A DNA stretch of 64,000 nt, from assembly GCA_965208905.1 (NCBI GenBank), contig OZ242365.1, positions 544,001-608,000 of the forward strand, in the 5' to 3' direction. Positions 36,706 to 47,404 of the stretch are shown one piece after another (position 1 is the stretch's first letter; each line of letters begins with the position of its first letter). Source of the DNA: Nitrosopumilaceae archaeon. GTDB lineage: Archaea; Thermoproteota; Nitrososphaeria; Nitrososphaerales; Nitrosopumilaceae. The translations under genes were made by a program, and so were the position numbers. The notes under the pieces were generated by a model. It did no database searches, was not told where the DNA came from, and was given only the letters and a program-made list of their open reading frames with translations.

Positions 36706-38832
36706 TCAAGAGTCATCCGCTTGGACATGTGGGGATCGCGCGACAGTGGCTCCCCTCTGTGTGGCAGTATAGTCAGCACACAGGTCGTTCCCATAAGAGG
36801 CATCGAGGCCTGGTGGCATATCTGTATGGTACATTTGCATGTATTCGACCCAAAGGTCCTTCAATATATCGTCCTTCCAGCCACTCGTCGGAGTGCCATT
36901 GCTGGCCAGATAGTGGTGCACAGCGTATTTGGCAGCATCCTTGTCGATATCAGGGTCTTGACGGCGCATCATACTGACGGCGCGCTTGGTGAAACTCTCA
37001 TCAACTTCCCTCTGCAGAACGCTGTGGTACTCTTTATTGATTCCAGAGATGCCCACCGGCATACTCTTAATGCCCATATCCCAGTGAGGCGAGCCATCAT
37101 CCCCATAATACGGCACGCCCCTACCATGGTGCATACATCCAGGTTGGTATCTGGTCCAGTCTGCAGCGTCATTATACATGAATTGCTTGTCTTCTGGATG
37201 GTCTCTATCTGGGGGCGGTATGCCTCCCCCACCCAAACGGACTATTGCATGCAGGACGCGCCCACACTTGTGGCAGAGATTTACGGTAGACGGGTCCAAG
37301 GCGATAACGGTAAATTTCGATCGTACTCGACTACTATCGTACTTTTCGTATATATTTAATCGGGCTACGATGTATCTGTAGGGTTCATCAGCGGGCTTGT
37401 CGGCGCGGTCCTGCCATTCCTTTTCGAGTATAGGAGCATTATATAGACGCGCCACATTCTCCCGCAAGTATGCTGCCATATTGTTTAGTTTGACATTCTT
37501 GATGGCGCCGTACTCTGCAGAACGTATATCTACGTTTGACAGGCTACCATAACGCTTGTCGCGCTTCCCCCCGCCGTGGCGCGGCGGACATGTCACCATC
37601 TGTATAGACATATCCGCGGACTGCTTCAGACCATCAACTTTACTCATCAATGACTGCTCTATTTTGTCTATGTCAGACCCAGATTCACTACTATACGACA
37701 GAATCTTCTTGGTGGAGAACTTGTTGTTGGAGGTATCCCCAAAGTAGGCGATCGCGTGTCCATAGTTGCTGCCCCCCTCCCCCTCTGGCTTGGGTATGCG
37801 CAGGCCAACATGTGTCAGCAGGTATGTTACCATAGCTGCCAGATCGTCAAACGAACTTGCTTGGGATATTATTGTGTATGTATCGCCCCCGGTCTTTTTG
37901 TTGATCTCTCTTATGGGGTGGGATTCCATCTTACCCAGCATGACACGCTTACCATTCTTGCGGAGGTACTTTTCACGGTCAATATATCCGGCTGCAATTA
38001 TATGGAAGTGTGGAGCAAAATGTATGCCCCCCTTAAACTCCCAGAGATGATAGATGACCAACCCGCCCCTGTAACCAAGCCACTTTATATTCTTGAACAC
38101 CTTTTTTCGGTACCGGTCCACCCCGTCCGGCGTCTTGAACTGTTCGTGATTGTCCTGATGTACCGACACGGCAACATGGTGATAGGTTAATTTCTGTGGC
38201 TCTGTATATAGTGATGAGTTTCGACGCATGGCGCTGACCATCAGGCGATTGGCGGCATTTACAGCATGCCGTTTCATGGAATTTTTGTAGCATACAGGAC
38301 AGGTCAGCCGATTGCATGAAAATCGTACGGTCTTGCTGTGGCGCTGACCGTCGTCGTGAAGACATCCCATGACTACATACTTGCCACACCGGTCATACTT
38401 TGTGCCGTGTGAGGGCAGTGTGTACCCGTACAGGCAGCAGTCGTCTGCCCAGCGGCGCGTGGCAAGTCCATGAAGATAATCTTTGGTCGTGAGTGTTATA
38501 TTATTCGATTTTTCGTCCGTACTCCTTGCGGTTTTATGACTGCCAGCAGCCGTTATGTCACCCATGCAGTCGCATATGGACGCGTTCATCGGGTTTGCAG
38601 TATAATCGTCGGTATGCTTTTTAAAGTCCCAGCAGAGCAGTCTGTGGACTTGTGAAGCTACACCATATGGGTTGAGGTTCAGGCTGGCGCCCACCTCGGC
38701 TACACTCCGCAGTATGTCTGCAATGGCCGTCCCGTCTAACAGGGCCCTCAAGACATATTTGTAGACCTGTTCTGGCAGGGCCAGTTTGCGGGCATGTTCA
38801 TAAAACATCCCCTCCTGGCGCTTGGATGTCAT
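36706..38832 (-). CDS. HUH-superfamily rolling-circle replication initiator-like protein
   Basis: Zn finger SCNRLTCPVC, motif I HHVAVSV, motif II PHFHII, motif III YLLTH; long C-terminal extension with CHKC. Confidence 0.78.
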   Translation of the reverse strand: MTSKRQEGMFYEHARKLALPEQVYKYVLRALLDGTAIADILRSVAEVGASLNLNPYGVASQVHRLLCWDFKKHTDDYTANPMNASICDCMGDITAAGSHKTARSTDEKSNNITLTTKDYLHGLATRRWADDCCLYGYTLPSHGTKYDRCGKYVVMGCLHDDGQRHSKTVRFSCNRLTCPVCYKNSMKRHAVNAANRLMVSAMRRNSSLYTEPQKLTYHHVAVSVHQDNHEQFKTPDGVDRYRKKVFKNIKWLGYRGGLVIYHLWEFKGGIHFAPHFHIIAAGYIDREKYLRKNGKRVMLGKMESHPIREINKKTGGDTYTIISQASSFDDLAAMVTYLLTHVGLRIPKPEGEGGSNYGHAIAYFGDTSNNKFSTKKILSYSSESGSDIDKIEQSLMSKVDGLKQSADMSIQMVTCPPRHGGGKRDKRYGSLSNVDIRSAEYGAIKNVKLNNMAAYLRENVARLYNAPILEKEWQDRADKPADEPYRYIVARLNIYEKYDSSRVRSKFTVIALDPSTVNLCHKCGRVLHAIVRLGGGGIPPPDRDHPEDKQFMYNDAADWTRYQPGCMHHGRGVPYYGDDGSPHWDMGIKSMPVGISGINKEYHSVLQREVDESFTKRAVSMMRRQDPDIDKDAAKYAVHHYLASNGTPTSGWKDDILKDLWVEYMQMYHTDMPPGLDASYGNDLCADYTATQRGATVARSPHVQADDS

Positions 38833-39134
38833 CGGGAGGACTCCTCTGGTATTGCAGCTTCCCGGATATGGCGTATCCTCCCGCCGGCGGATCTGCTCCG
38901 GCGCCCGCCCATCTCTAACAGGCGCCCATTCTTAGGAGTGTGGAGCCTCAAATGTTGTGAACCGGTCATTTCCGTAGTAACTGACCGGTGACGTTTAAGG
39001 GGGTTAATGGCATCTGGGTATGGGGGCCTTATTGGCAAGCATTAGGCACACTCCGCCTACACATGGCGGGGCCCTCTTAGAAGGAGAACGATCCGCGACA
39101 AAAAGTTTTTGGGCCAGCCCGGGAGGCTTAAACC

Positions 39135-39422
39135 ATGACCAAGAATCGCTGGACCGTCGAGGACGATGTCAAGATCGTAATGGAGTCGCTCACCACGTCG
39201 GCCAGCACCGCCGACATATGCAAAAAATATGGCCTGTCACCAAACACCTTCTATCCTTGGTGCGAGAAATTTCTTGAGGGTGGTAAGGCCGCCCTATCTG
39301 GAAGCCCGAGCGTTCGCGCCGCCGGGGCCATCCAGAAGAACGCCACGCTGAAGACCTTGGTCGGTGAGATCACACTGACCAACGATGTTTTAAAAAAAAC
39401 GTTGGAGGGGAAGAAAAGATGA
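39135..39422 (+). pseudogene. IS3-family transposase OrfA remnant
   Basis: KIVMESL...DICKKYGLSPNTFYPW HTH and LKTLVGEITLTNDVLKK with an A-run frameshift site; OrfB absent. Confidence 0.75.
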
Positions 39423-39456
39423 TGGCCGTGCAGAGGCTGATCCAACAGGACATGGG

Positions 39457-39747
39457 CTAGTCGCGGCGATACACGTTTTTGTGATCCCCAATGTCCAATA
39501 ACCGAATTACCTTGGCACCACGATCTACCACAAACAGTAACCGGACAGACTTTGACAACCTTGTTCCGTATGCTCCGTTCAACGGCCCAACCTTGATGTC
39601 CCCCACACGCTCAGGATCTTTTGCATCTTGGAGTGATTTGAGGCGTTCACAGAGCGCCTTGCTTACGTTCTGATCATGTAGGTACCTCTTCCTATGCTTC
39701 TCATACTGCCTACTCTGGACAAGTTTCCACTTGGCCTCTGAGGTCAT
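39457..39747 (-). CDS. RelE/ParE-fold toxin
   Basis: 96-aa basic protein with GPLNGAYGTRLSKSVRLLFVV...IRLLDIGDHKNVY. Confidence 0.75.
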   Translation of the reverse strand: MTSEAKWKLVQSRQYEKHRKRYLHDQNVSKALCERLKSLQDAKDPERVGDIKVGPLNGAYGTRLSKSVRLLFVVDRGAKVIRLLDIGDHKNVYRRD

Positions 39748-39750
39748 GGG

Positions 39751-40782
39751 TTACCTGTCCTTTACTACATCTAACGACAATGGTGTAAACACATGATTCT
39801 CCGGATGAAGTATCATGTCCTCTATCCCCGGATCCAAGTCCGGCTCATTCACACTGACATCACCAAACTGCTCCATACACTTGTTTGTTTCATATTCCAA
39901 TTTGTCCAATACTGTATCATACATCTCCCTCCACTTCCCTAGGTGGCTATCATATTGTGGATCGTGGTGATGCACTCGTACTCCGTACGCAAAAGCATCC
40001 CATATGTCAGCACTTAGTACCGGAAGCCACTCTACTATGTTCTTGGAAGTATGATGAGAGTCCCGTCGCAAGAAGGCGTTCGCCATCTTTGCAAAGTCCA
40101 TGAACATCATCCTATGTTCCATGAACTCTGGGATGGTTGGATAGTCCAACACCGAGTCATCCAATCGTTCCAGCATATCGTTATCTGTATGCACGCCTTC
40201 ACGGCTAGTGAGTACATTCTTACAATACGCCTCAAACTGGGGCTTGAACTCTAGGTTGTATGTGGTGTACCACTTGAACGGAGCCATCTCATACGTATGC
40301 CTGACGGCATCATGTACTTTGGGATTCTCACTCGCTACTAGGCCTATCTCACGCCTGGCAGCATCCAGATCAGCACCACTCGCCACTGGCCGCATGGTCA
40401 GTTCCGATACAAGCTTGTATGTCTCCGACTTGTCAGTCTTGTGGACCTTGACCAAACCACTATCTATCATCTGGTCAAGGTTGGCATACACAACCTCAGA
40501 GTATGGTCCCTCTTTATACCAATAATATGCCAAGTTGTGCTTTATGTGGTTATTATCAGGTAAATTTTCTCTGGCCAAGAACAGGACTTTTAGTATGTGC
40601 TTCTTGGTGACGCCAGCTCTACCACTTCTGGATAGCCGTTGTATGGCAACGCGGATTGTCTCTTGGACGATTGGATTAGCCTCCCGTGCCCAAGCCAGCT
40701 CCATATCGGTCACATCCTCTGTCTTGTTTACATCTATCTTCACTTTATCGACCCCACCATACGAAAAACCCCCATATATCAT
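39751..40782 (-). CDS. Putative SocA/Panacea (DUF4065)-like antitoxin
   Basis: ILKVLFLA...YYWYKEGPYSEVV winged-helix motif; ends 3 bp upstream of the toxin gene. Confidence 0.55.
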   Translation of the reverse strand: MIYGGFSYGGVDKVKIDVNKTEDVTDMELAWAREANPIVQETIRVAIQRLSRSGRAGVTKKHILKVLFLARENLPDNNHIKHNLAYYWYKEGPYSEVVYANLDQMIDSGLVKVHKTDKSETYKLVSELTMRPVASGADLDAARREIGLVASENPKVHDAVRHTYEMAPFKWYTTYNLEFKPQFEAYCKNVLTSREGVHTDNDMLERLDDSVLDYPTIPEFMEHRMMFMDFAKMANAFLRRDSHHTSKNIVEWLPVLSADIWDAFAYGVRVHHHDPQYDSHLGKWREMYDTVLDKLEYETNKCMEQFGDVSVNEPDLDPGIEDMILHPENHVFTPLSLDVVKDR

Positions 40783-40862
40783 ATGACTGGGGATATTTTA
40801 TTTTACCGCACCGGGCGTGTAGCACTAGTAAAAAGTTGGATAAAGCCAGCACGAATCTTGCA

Positions 40863-41132
40863 TCATGTATGGTGGCCCGAGTACGCGCCAACCTCTATGG
40901 TATGGATTGTGATATTGTCGCGGCTTAGCTCATATTTGCCGTTCTCTACAAGCCACCTTTTGGACTTGTATAATTCGGCCATTGTTATGGCACCTGCATC
41001 GTCTTTGGCATCAAGTATTACCGTATGTGATGTGATATTGGCCAGAATCTGTGATAGCGTGTAGCGCGGCGGCTGTGAGGTCTCCGTATCGGGACGAGGC
41101 ACTGCCATTGTCGACATGTCTTTGTATGGCAT
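40863..41132 (-). CDS. Small hypothetical protein
   Basis: 89-aa ORF co-oriented with and 9 bp from the upstream ORF. Confidence 0.45.
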   Translation of the reverse strand: MPYKDMSTMAVPRPDTETSQPPRYTLSQILANITSHTVILDAKDDAGAITMAELYKSKRWLVENGKYELSRDNITIHTIEVGAYSGHHT

Positions 41133-41141
41133 TCATTGCAT

Positions 41142-41402
41142 TTAAGGAGGGGACTCATCCGCCTTGCTGTTTACCGCCCTGATCTCGGCCTCTACAATCA
41201 TCTGGTCAACCTGCGACTCCATCGCCGCTATGCGTTCGCGCATAACATCAACCAGTACCTCACGCGTAGTACTCGCTGGAAACTCTCCGGCCGCATTACC
41301 GCACGACTTTGTCTTGTGGAGCCCGTTGACATACCGCCCCACGTAAACATACTTGGCCCGCCCTATATGCTTGGTTGTTATACGGCCCATTCTATACGGC
41401 AT
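41142..41402 (-). CDS. Small basic protein with a coiled-coil tail
   Basis: TKHIGRAKYVYVGRYVNGLHKTKSCG resembles beta-strand DNA-binding domains of archaeal plasmids and viruses. Confidence 0.45.
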   Translation of the reverse strand: MPYRMGRITTKHIGRAKYVYVGRYVNGLHKTKSCGNAAGEFPASTTREVLVDVMRERIAAMESQVDQMIVEAEIRAVNSKADESPP

Positions 41403-41462
41403 ATGTGCGGTGACGTTTAAGATATTAAACTGCGCGGCCCGACGTTTGATGGCATCCTCGTT

Positions 41463-41760
41463 TCACGCCTTGATGGAGCCCAAGTTCCTGTTGAGTTTCA
41501 GCGGGGACTGCCTGAATCCGCCCTCAGTGTCGCGCTTGTGGGCGAAGGGGTGGTTGCTATACTCAAGGTTGTATCCGGTGAGCGTGAGGTTTCCCAGAGA
41601 TGACAGATACTCATCGTGTATGTGTTCATGATCCGGCCCGAGTGAAGTCTTCCACTCCCCGGTCAGCTTCTGTGGCATTATGTGCTCCAAGGTGTACGTC
41701 TTGTCAACATACTCCTTGCGGTCATTGTTCTCAATGCGGTACAGCCAATACTTGTCGTCG
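41463..41760 (-). pseudogene. GmrSD-type (DUF1524) HNH nuclease domain fragment
   Basis: TLEHIMPQ, LGNLTLTGYN and SNHPFAHKR motifs; no DUF262 part. Confidence 0.8.
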
Positions 41761-42037
41761 GGGAACCTGAAACTGTCACGCAACCACCCTCTGCGCGGCC
41801 AGACGCGCAGTACGGACGCGCGTCTCAAGTTCAAAGCATTCCTGAATTATAACGGAACATGTCGTTACAACCACGACGCGCCTCCGCGCATCTTAAACCC
41901 CGCGCGACTGGATGTCCCTACTGGACGCGCTACGTGTAGCGTGGTCGCACCCTCGCATAGTACGGACGCGCGCCACCGCATAGTCCCTGAAGCCTCCCCC
42001 ACGCGACTAGACTCCGTTGTGCGCCCTTGGTCACACA

Positions 42038-42147
42038 CGCGACTGGTCGCATCCCTTAAGCCCCCGAAGCATTCGGAGGATGGCTGTGTTGATGATCCAG
42101 TCAGTCATATCCGCGACTGGTCGCATCCCTTAAGCCCCCGAAGCATT
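42038..42147. repeat. Two perfect 36-bp direct repeats separated by 38 bp
   Basis: CGCGACTGGTCGCATCCCTTAAGCCCCCGAAGCATT at 42038-42073 and 42112-42147. Confidence 0.9.
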
Positions 42148-42404
42148 ATTGCATAATGACATTTACGGCACGCGCCCCTAAAGGCTCCAGCCGTGTATAG
42201 CCCCTGGCAGGGTAGGACGGACAGCAGGGTATAGTCCCCTAAGATTATGACATGGCCAAGACGGTATAAGACCTCCTGGCGCACATGGCCGCGGTGCGGC
42301 TTGAGTACGCTAGACTGTCCGCTGGCACATAAGCGGAGCAGAGCCTTGTAGCGGCCTGGAATGACGGCCATATTATACGGCGGAAACAAAGGCGCTCACC
42401 CCCG

Positions 42405-43151
42405 TCACTCATTTTTCGTAAACAGGTATACAAACGGGACTAGTCCAAAGAAGCCGCTTGCGACAGTCATGATGCCATCTGCATAGGTGTAGGTTCGGCT
42501 AAGGGCCTCAAGCCCCACCCGCATCTCATAACCTGGTGGCGGCATTCCCCGCTCAGCAACGACCACATACGCCATAACGCCCGCTAGTGTGAGGATTGTC
42601 GCAACCATTACAAAAATGGCATACCAGGCAAGTTTTTTTGCACCAGTTGCATAAAGCGCAACCCCGCCGGAAAACAGTGCATATAACAACGAAACCAGCG
42701 TTTGATTGGCAGGATAGGCAACCATCACATATACCAAGAATGCAGCGACTGTGACCCAACCAAGAAGCGCCCCCCTTAGAGACTTGGTGAGCGACAGGGA
42801 AATCCACACGACTACCAATATTAAGCAAAATATCGCCATATCGTACGTCACTGAGGCAATTTGTGACATGGTAAAAGACACTAGTACTGTAACAGTGGCG
42901 ACAATTCCAGTGTAAGTTATGGCGGTCTTGCGCGATTCTCTAGTTTCATAAAACAGGACTAACGAGACCGCAGTAAATGATAAGCTGGCCGGAGCAAAGA
43001 GGACAAGGTGGAATGATTGGAAAGAGTGGGCGCAGTCAATAAAGTCAAGGGGCCATAGGTAGCAGCCAAGAAACGCCGCAGACAGGTACGTCGCAGCGAT
43101 TCCACCCACTACCGCATATGGCCGGAGGTCTCCCCGCTTGTTCATGAACAT
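42405..43151 (-). CDS. Hypothetical polytopic membrane protein
   Basis: 248 aa with about eight hydrophobic segments. Confidence 0.7.
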   Translation of the reverse strand: MFMNKRGDLRPYAVVGGIAATYLSAAFLGCYLWPLDFIDCAHSFQSFHLVLFAPASLSFTAVSLVLFYETRESRKTAITYTGIVATVTVLVSFTMSQIASVTYDMAIFCLILVVVWISLSLTKSLRGALLGWVTVAAFLVYVMVAYPANQTLVSLLYALFSGGVALYATGAKKLAWYAIFVMVATILTLAGVMAYVVVAERGMPPPGYEMRVGLEALSRTYTYADGIMTVASGFFGLVPFVYLFTKNE

Positions 43152-43226
43152 ATACTACTTTAGAATCGGTTGTTTGTAAGCTGTCATGTTTTAACCATGC
43201 CATCTGCCAATAGAACGCATAGTATG

Positions 43227-43390
43227 GTAACAGCTCGCCGTTGTGAAGTTGGTTTATATACTAAAATTATACTTGTTCAGGCCAGCATGGTATCCATGCG
43301 TAAAAAGCAGTCTTTTGCTTGAAGAAATAGACATAACCTGACCAAGTATCAGGTTTTTTCACGCCTAGCTTCACAACGGCGAGCTGTTAC
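43227..43390. mobile_element. MITE (164 bp) with IS66-like ends
   Basis: Perfect 22-bp inverted repeats GTAACAGCTCGCCGTTGTGAAG (43227-43248, 43369-43390) and an 8-bp target duplication ATAGTATG (43219-43226, 43391-43398). Confidence 0.9.
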
Positions 43391-43725
43391 ATAGTATGGG
43401 AAAAACTGATATCTTTTGCCTCTCATGTGTGGCAGTGTTCAACATTTGACGGGGTTGGTGCGTAATTCTTTTGCCCGAACCATTCCGATATTGGTTGGGG
43501 GTGTCGGGTAGTTTGACCAAATCTCGGAGTACGGGCAGAAACTAGGGTTGAACACGGCAGATACCCAAATAGACCGGTACAAAAGTGGATGGTGTGAATT
43601 ACGCACCAACCCATGTCTTATGAGGAGACTTTCAACTATACGGAACCAAAAAAACGATACCAAATTATCCCGAATCCCAGAGATGTTACGTACGATCAGC
43701 TTCAAAAAGCAAAACAGTTTCAAAT

Positions 43726-46700
43726 TTACTTGCTTTCAGTTCCCTTGGCGGCGGTCCACCCGTCTGCCAGAACCTCTGCCTGCTCCAGAACGGTCCTAGT
43801 AGCCTTCTCTTGTTTGTCCGGGGGATACCCGTACTTGCGCAGTACCCGCTTCACTAGTATGCGCAGCCTGGCCCTCACACTCTCCCGGATGGTCCAGTCT
43901 ATGGTTACGTTGTTTTGAACCGTCTTAACCAGATCCTGGGCTATGATGCGCAGCGTATCGTCTCCCAGCACCTGAACGGCGCTATCGTTAGTCTCCAGCG
44001 CATCATAGAAGGCCACCTCGTCATCGGTCAGCCCCAGCCGCTCGCCCCGCGCTTTTGCCTCGCACATCTCTTTGGCAAGTTGTATCAGCTCCTCAATGAC
44101 CTGCGCCGCCTCAACCGACCGGTTGTGATACCGGCGCAGTGTACGCTCCAGCATCTCCGCAAAGGATCTGGCCTGCACCACGTTCTTGCGCCGCCGCTCA
44201 ACTATTTCTGCGTTCAGTAGCTTTTGCAGTACGTCCACGGCTAGGTTCTGCTGGGGCATTCTGCGCACCTCCTCTAGAAACTCGTCCGACAGTATGGATA
44301 TATCCGGCTTGTCCAGTCCTGCAGCTGCAAAGATATCCAAGACTCCCTTTGACTCGATTGCTCTGGATACTATCTCGCGGATTGCCCTCTCCAGATCCCC
44401 ACTGGCGTTCTTCCCATCTGCGGCCTTTCTAGCCAAGGCTCCGCGCACCGCTTGGAAGAATCCCACCGCATTGCGTATATCCTCTGCCTCATCTCTGGTG
44501 GAAGCTAGGGCGTAGGCTCGGGTGAGCCTAGTCACCGCCTCATTATACCGTACCTTGCCGTTGTCCAAAGACAAGATGTGTTCCTGCGCCCCGGGCAACA
44601 TGCCAATGCGCATCTTTGAGTCTCCCCCGACCCATCCAGACCAGTCAAACCCGTGGAACATGGCGCAGCAGACCTCATACGTTTCCAGCATTATTTGGAC
44701 GGCCTTCTCCTGATCGATGGCGGGCTCTCCGGTACCACCGCTCTCCGTGTAGGTTGCCAGGGCACGCTTGAGATCCTGGGCCAGTCCGATATAGTCCACC
44801 ACCAAGCCGCCGGGCTTGTCACGAAAGACCCTGTTCACCCTGGCCACTGCCTGCATCAGGCCATGACCGCGCATGGGCTTGTCCACATACATGGTGTGCA
44901 AGCTGGGCGCATCAAAGCCAGTAAGCCACATGTCCCGCACCAGCACTATCCGGAACGGATCGTCTACACGGCGGAAACGGTTGGCCAACGCTTCCCGCTG
45001 GGACTTGCTTCGTATATGCTGCTGCCATGCAGGCGGATCCGTGGCAGATCCTGTCATCACCACCTTGATGATGCCTTCTTCGTCTCTTTCATCATGCCAG
45101 TCGGGGCGCAAGCGCACCAGCTCCTGATAGAGATCAACGCAGATGCGCCTGCTCATGCAGACTATCATCGCCTTACCCTCCAGCGTCTGGCAGCGTCGCT
45201 CCAGATGGCCTATTATATCCTTAGCCACCAATCTGAGGCGTTTTTTGGCTCCTACGACCGACTCAAGTCGCGCCCATTTGGTTTTTAGGCTCTCCTTGTG
45301 CTCAGTTTCTTCACCCTCGGTGATCTCCTCAAAGTCTTCGTCAATGGTCGGACGCTCCCCTTCATTTAGGGACAGCTTGGCCATGCGGCCCTCATAGTAT
45401 ATGGGGACGGTGGCACCATCATCGACAGAGCGCTGTATGTCATATATGCTGATGTGTTCGCCAAAGACGGCGCGGGTATTGGCATCGTTTAACTCGATTG
45501 GCGTGCCAGTAAATCCGATGAACGACGCGTTGGGCAGCGCATCACGCATGTGGCGCGCAAAACCATCTATGAAATCGTACTGACTGCGATGGGCCTCATC
45601 GGCGATAACCACTATGTTGCGGCGTTCCGACAGCGCGGGGTGACGGTCACCCTTCTCGGACGGAAAGAACTTTTGGATGGTCGTAAAGATTACTCCACCC
45701 GACTCCACCGACAGCCTGTGGCGCAGGTCCGCCCTGCTATCGGCCTGGACCGGAGGCTGACGTAGCAGGTCCTGACACCTGGAGAATGTTCCAAATAACT
45801 GATCATCTAGGTCGTTGCGGTCAGTTATAACTACGATTGTAGGGTTTTCCATTGCAGGTTCCCGGATTATCGCCCCCGCATAAAACGCCATGGTCAGGCT
45901 CTTGCCGGATCCCTGAGTATGCCAGACCACGCCGATGCGGCGGTCCCCAAGAGAACCTCCGTGCCGGTCTCCTGACTTGCCATTATATCGACCACCTAAA
46001 GTGTCACCGTCATTCCGACTTGCCGCCGCGCGGATAGTCTCGCCCGTGGCGACACGTACCGCATGGAACTGATGGTATCCGGCCATCTTCTTGGTGATGG
46101 AGCCTGCGCCGTCATCATCAAAGACGATAAAATCGCGTATCAAAGATAGGAAACTGTTCGGCTCGGCTATCCCGTACAGCATAGTTTTAAGCTCAGTCAC
46201 GTTATTTGTAGAATCTGCTCCGGGCAAGTCTCGCCAGGGCTTGAACCACTCCCACTCGGAGGTGATGGTTCCAACCCGCGCCTCTGTGACATCAGACACC
46301 ATCAGCATCTCATTCATCGAAAAGAGTGTTGGTAGCTCCGTCTTGTACGTCTGTAGTTGCTGTCGGGCCATACGAGTGGTGGCGTTGGGGTCGGTGGGAT
46401 TCTTGAGCTCTATTATACACAAGGGTAGACCGTTGACAAACAGTATGATGTCCGGCCTGCGCCGGTGACGGTTCTCGGTTACGGTAAACTGATTGGTTGC
46501 CAGCCAGTTATTGTTGCCAGGGTTTTCTACGTCAAGTATGCGCACCTGCGCACCCCTGACGGCTCCACTTTTATCGCGGTACTCGACGTTTACGCCGTTG
46601 ACCAGCATTAGGTGGAAGGCGCGGTTGCGCACCTCCACAGTGGCCCCTTCAAGACGAGTGAGTTTGTGGAAGGCATCTGTCAATGCAGACGCAGGCAAGT

Positions 46701-46881
46701 CCGGATTCAGCTGGACCAGCGACTCCCGTAATCGACGCTCCAAAATTACCTGACCGTAATCGTCTCGCTCAGCGCCGGTAGCCTCGGGTGCTATGTGAGA
46801 GCCGCGAACCACCTGCCAACCGAGCTCGGCTAACCAATCAAGGCACACTTCTTCAACGTTAGATTCGGAGAGCTGATTCAT
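43726..46881 (-). CDS. hsdR: Type I restriction endonuclease subunit R
   Basis: [20 protein letters not shown] nuclease motif, [39 protein letters not shown]. Confidence 0.96.
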   Translation of the reverse strand: MNQLSESNVEEVCLDWLAELGWQVVRGSHIAPEATGAERDDYGQVILERRLRESLVQLNPDLPASALTDAFHKLTRLEGATVEVRNRAFHLMLVNGVNVEYRDKSGAVRGAQVRILDVENPGNNNWLATNQFTVTENRHRRRPDIILFVNGLPLCIIELKNPTDPNATTRMARQQLQTYKTELPTLFSMNEMLMVSDVTEARVGTITSEWEWFKPWRDLPGADSTNNVTELKTMLYGIAEPNSFLSLIRDFIVFDDDGAGSITKKMAGYHQFHAVRVATGETIRAAASRNDGDTLGGRYNGKSGDRHGGSLGDRRIGVVWHTQGSGKSLTMAFYAGAIIREPAMENPTIVVITDRNDLDDQLFGTFSRCQDLLRQPPVQADSRADLRHRLSVESGGVIFTTIQKFFPSEKGDRHPALSERRNIVVIADEAHRSQYDFIDGFARHMRDALPNASFIGFTGTPIELNDANTRAVFGEHISIYDIQRSVDDGATVPIYYEGRMAKLSLNEGERPTIDEDFEEITEGEETEHKESLKTKWARLESVVGAKKRLRLVAKDIIGHLERRCQTLEGKAMIVCMSRRICVDLYQELVRLRPDWHDERDEEGIIKVVMTGSATDPPAWQQHIRSKSQREALANRFRRVDDPFRIVLVRDMWLTGFDAPSLHTMYVDKPMRGHGLMQAVARVNRVFRDKPGGLVVDYIGLAQDLKRALATYTESGGTGEPAIDQEKAVQIMLETYEVCCAMFHGFDWSGWVGGDSKMRIGMLPGAQEHILSLDNGKVRYNEAVTRLTRAYALASTRDEAEDIRNAVGFFQAVRGALARKAADGKNASGDLERAIREIVSRAIESKGVLDIFAAAGLDKPDISILSDEFLEEVRRMPQQNLAVDVLQKLLNAEIVERRRKNVVQARSFAEMLERTLRRYHNRSVEAAQVIEELIQLAKEMCEAKARGERLGLTDDEVAFYDALETNDSAVQVLGDDTLRIIAQDLVKTVQNNVTIDWTIRESVRARLRILVKRVLRKYGYPPDKQEKATRTVLEQAEVLADGWTAAKGTESK

Positions 46882-47402
46882 AGTATGTTATTTCCCATCT
46901 GCCGAAATATTATTTTGGTGCAATCAAGTACAAACCTCGCCTGTCGCTCTCGCAACATTTCATATGGATTGATGCAACGGATGTTAAGGCCTAAACATGC
47001 ATTCGGAATCTTGATCTTTTTGGTGGTATTGGCAGGAATCTCGTGTGTAACCACGATACAATTGTACTTTAGTGCATAAGCAACAAGCCAGTAGTCTGCA
47101 ACCTGTAGGAATGTAGCAACTGCTGCAGAGTCATAGCCTTGACTGGTTGCCCAATGACTGACTTTGTTGAGGGTTGGGATAATGGTTGAATCCGGACGCA
47201 GAAAGAACGTCTCTCCATGCTCCTTGGCCCATTCTGAAAGATCGTCTACACCGGCGCGTATCTCATACCCAACCTGCTCTATACTTGCCACATTTCCTGC
47301 CTTGTTTTCCCTGATTAGCCAGTCCCAGAATGCCGGAACAAAATCGAATCCATAGTGTAGATTCTTTGCCTGAATGAGAACATTCGCATCAAGTAAATAC
47401 AT
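46878..47402 (-). CDS. DUF4411 PIN-like domain protein
   Basis: [34 protein letters not shown]. Confidence 0.85.
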   Translation of the reverse strand: MYLLDANVLIQAKNLHYGFDFVPAFWDWLIRENKAGNVASIEQVGYEIRAGVDDLSEWAKEHGETFFLRPDSTIIPTLNKVSHWATSQGYDSAAVATFLQVADYWLVAYALKYNCIVVTHEIPANTTKKIKIPNACLGLNIRCINPYEMLRERQARFVLDCTKIIFRQMGNNIL

Positions 47403-47404
47403 GG

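Noticed and set aside
36532-37359. 275-aa plus-strand ORF after the pseudo-helicase
   Set aside because: Mostly antisense to the Rep gene and lacks recognisable motifs.
42038-42147. Calling the 36-bp pair a CRISPR feature
   Set aside because: Only two units, no leader or cas genes and no typical repeat end; kept as a repeat and a low-score finding.
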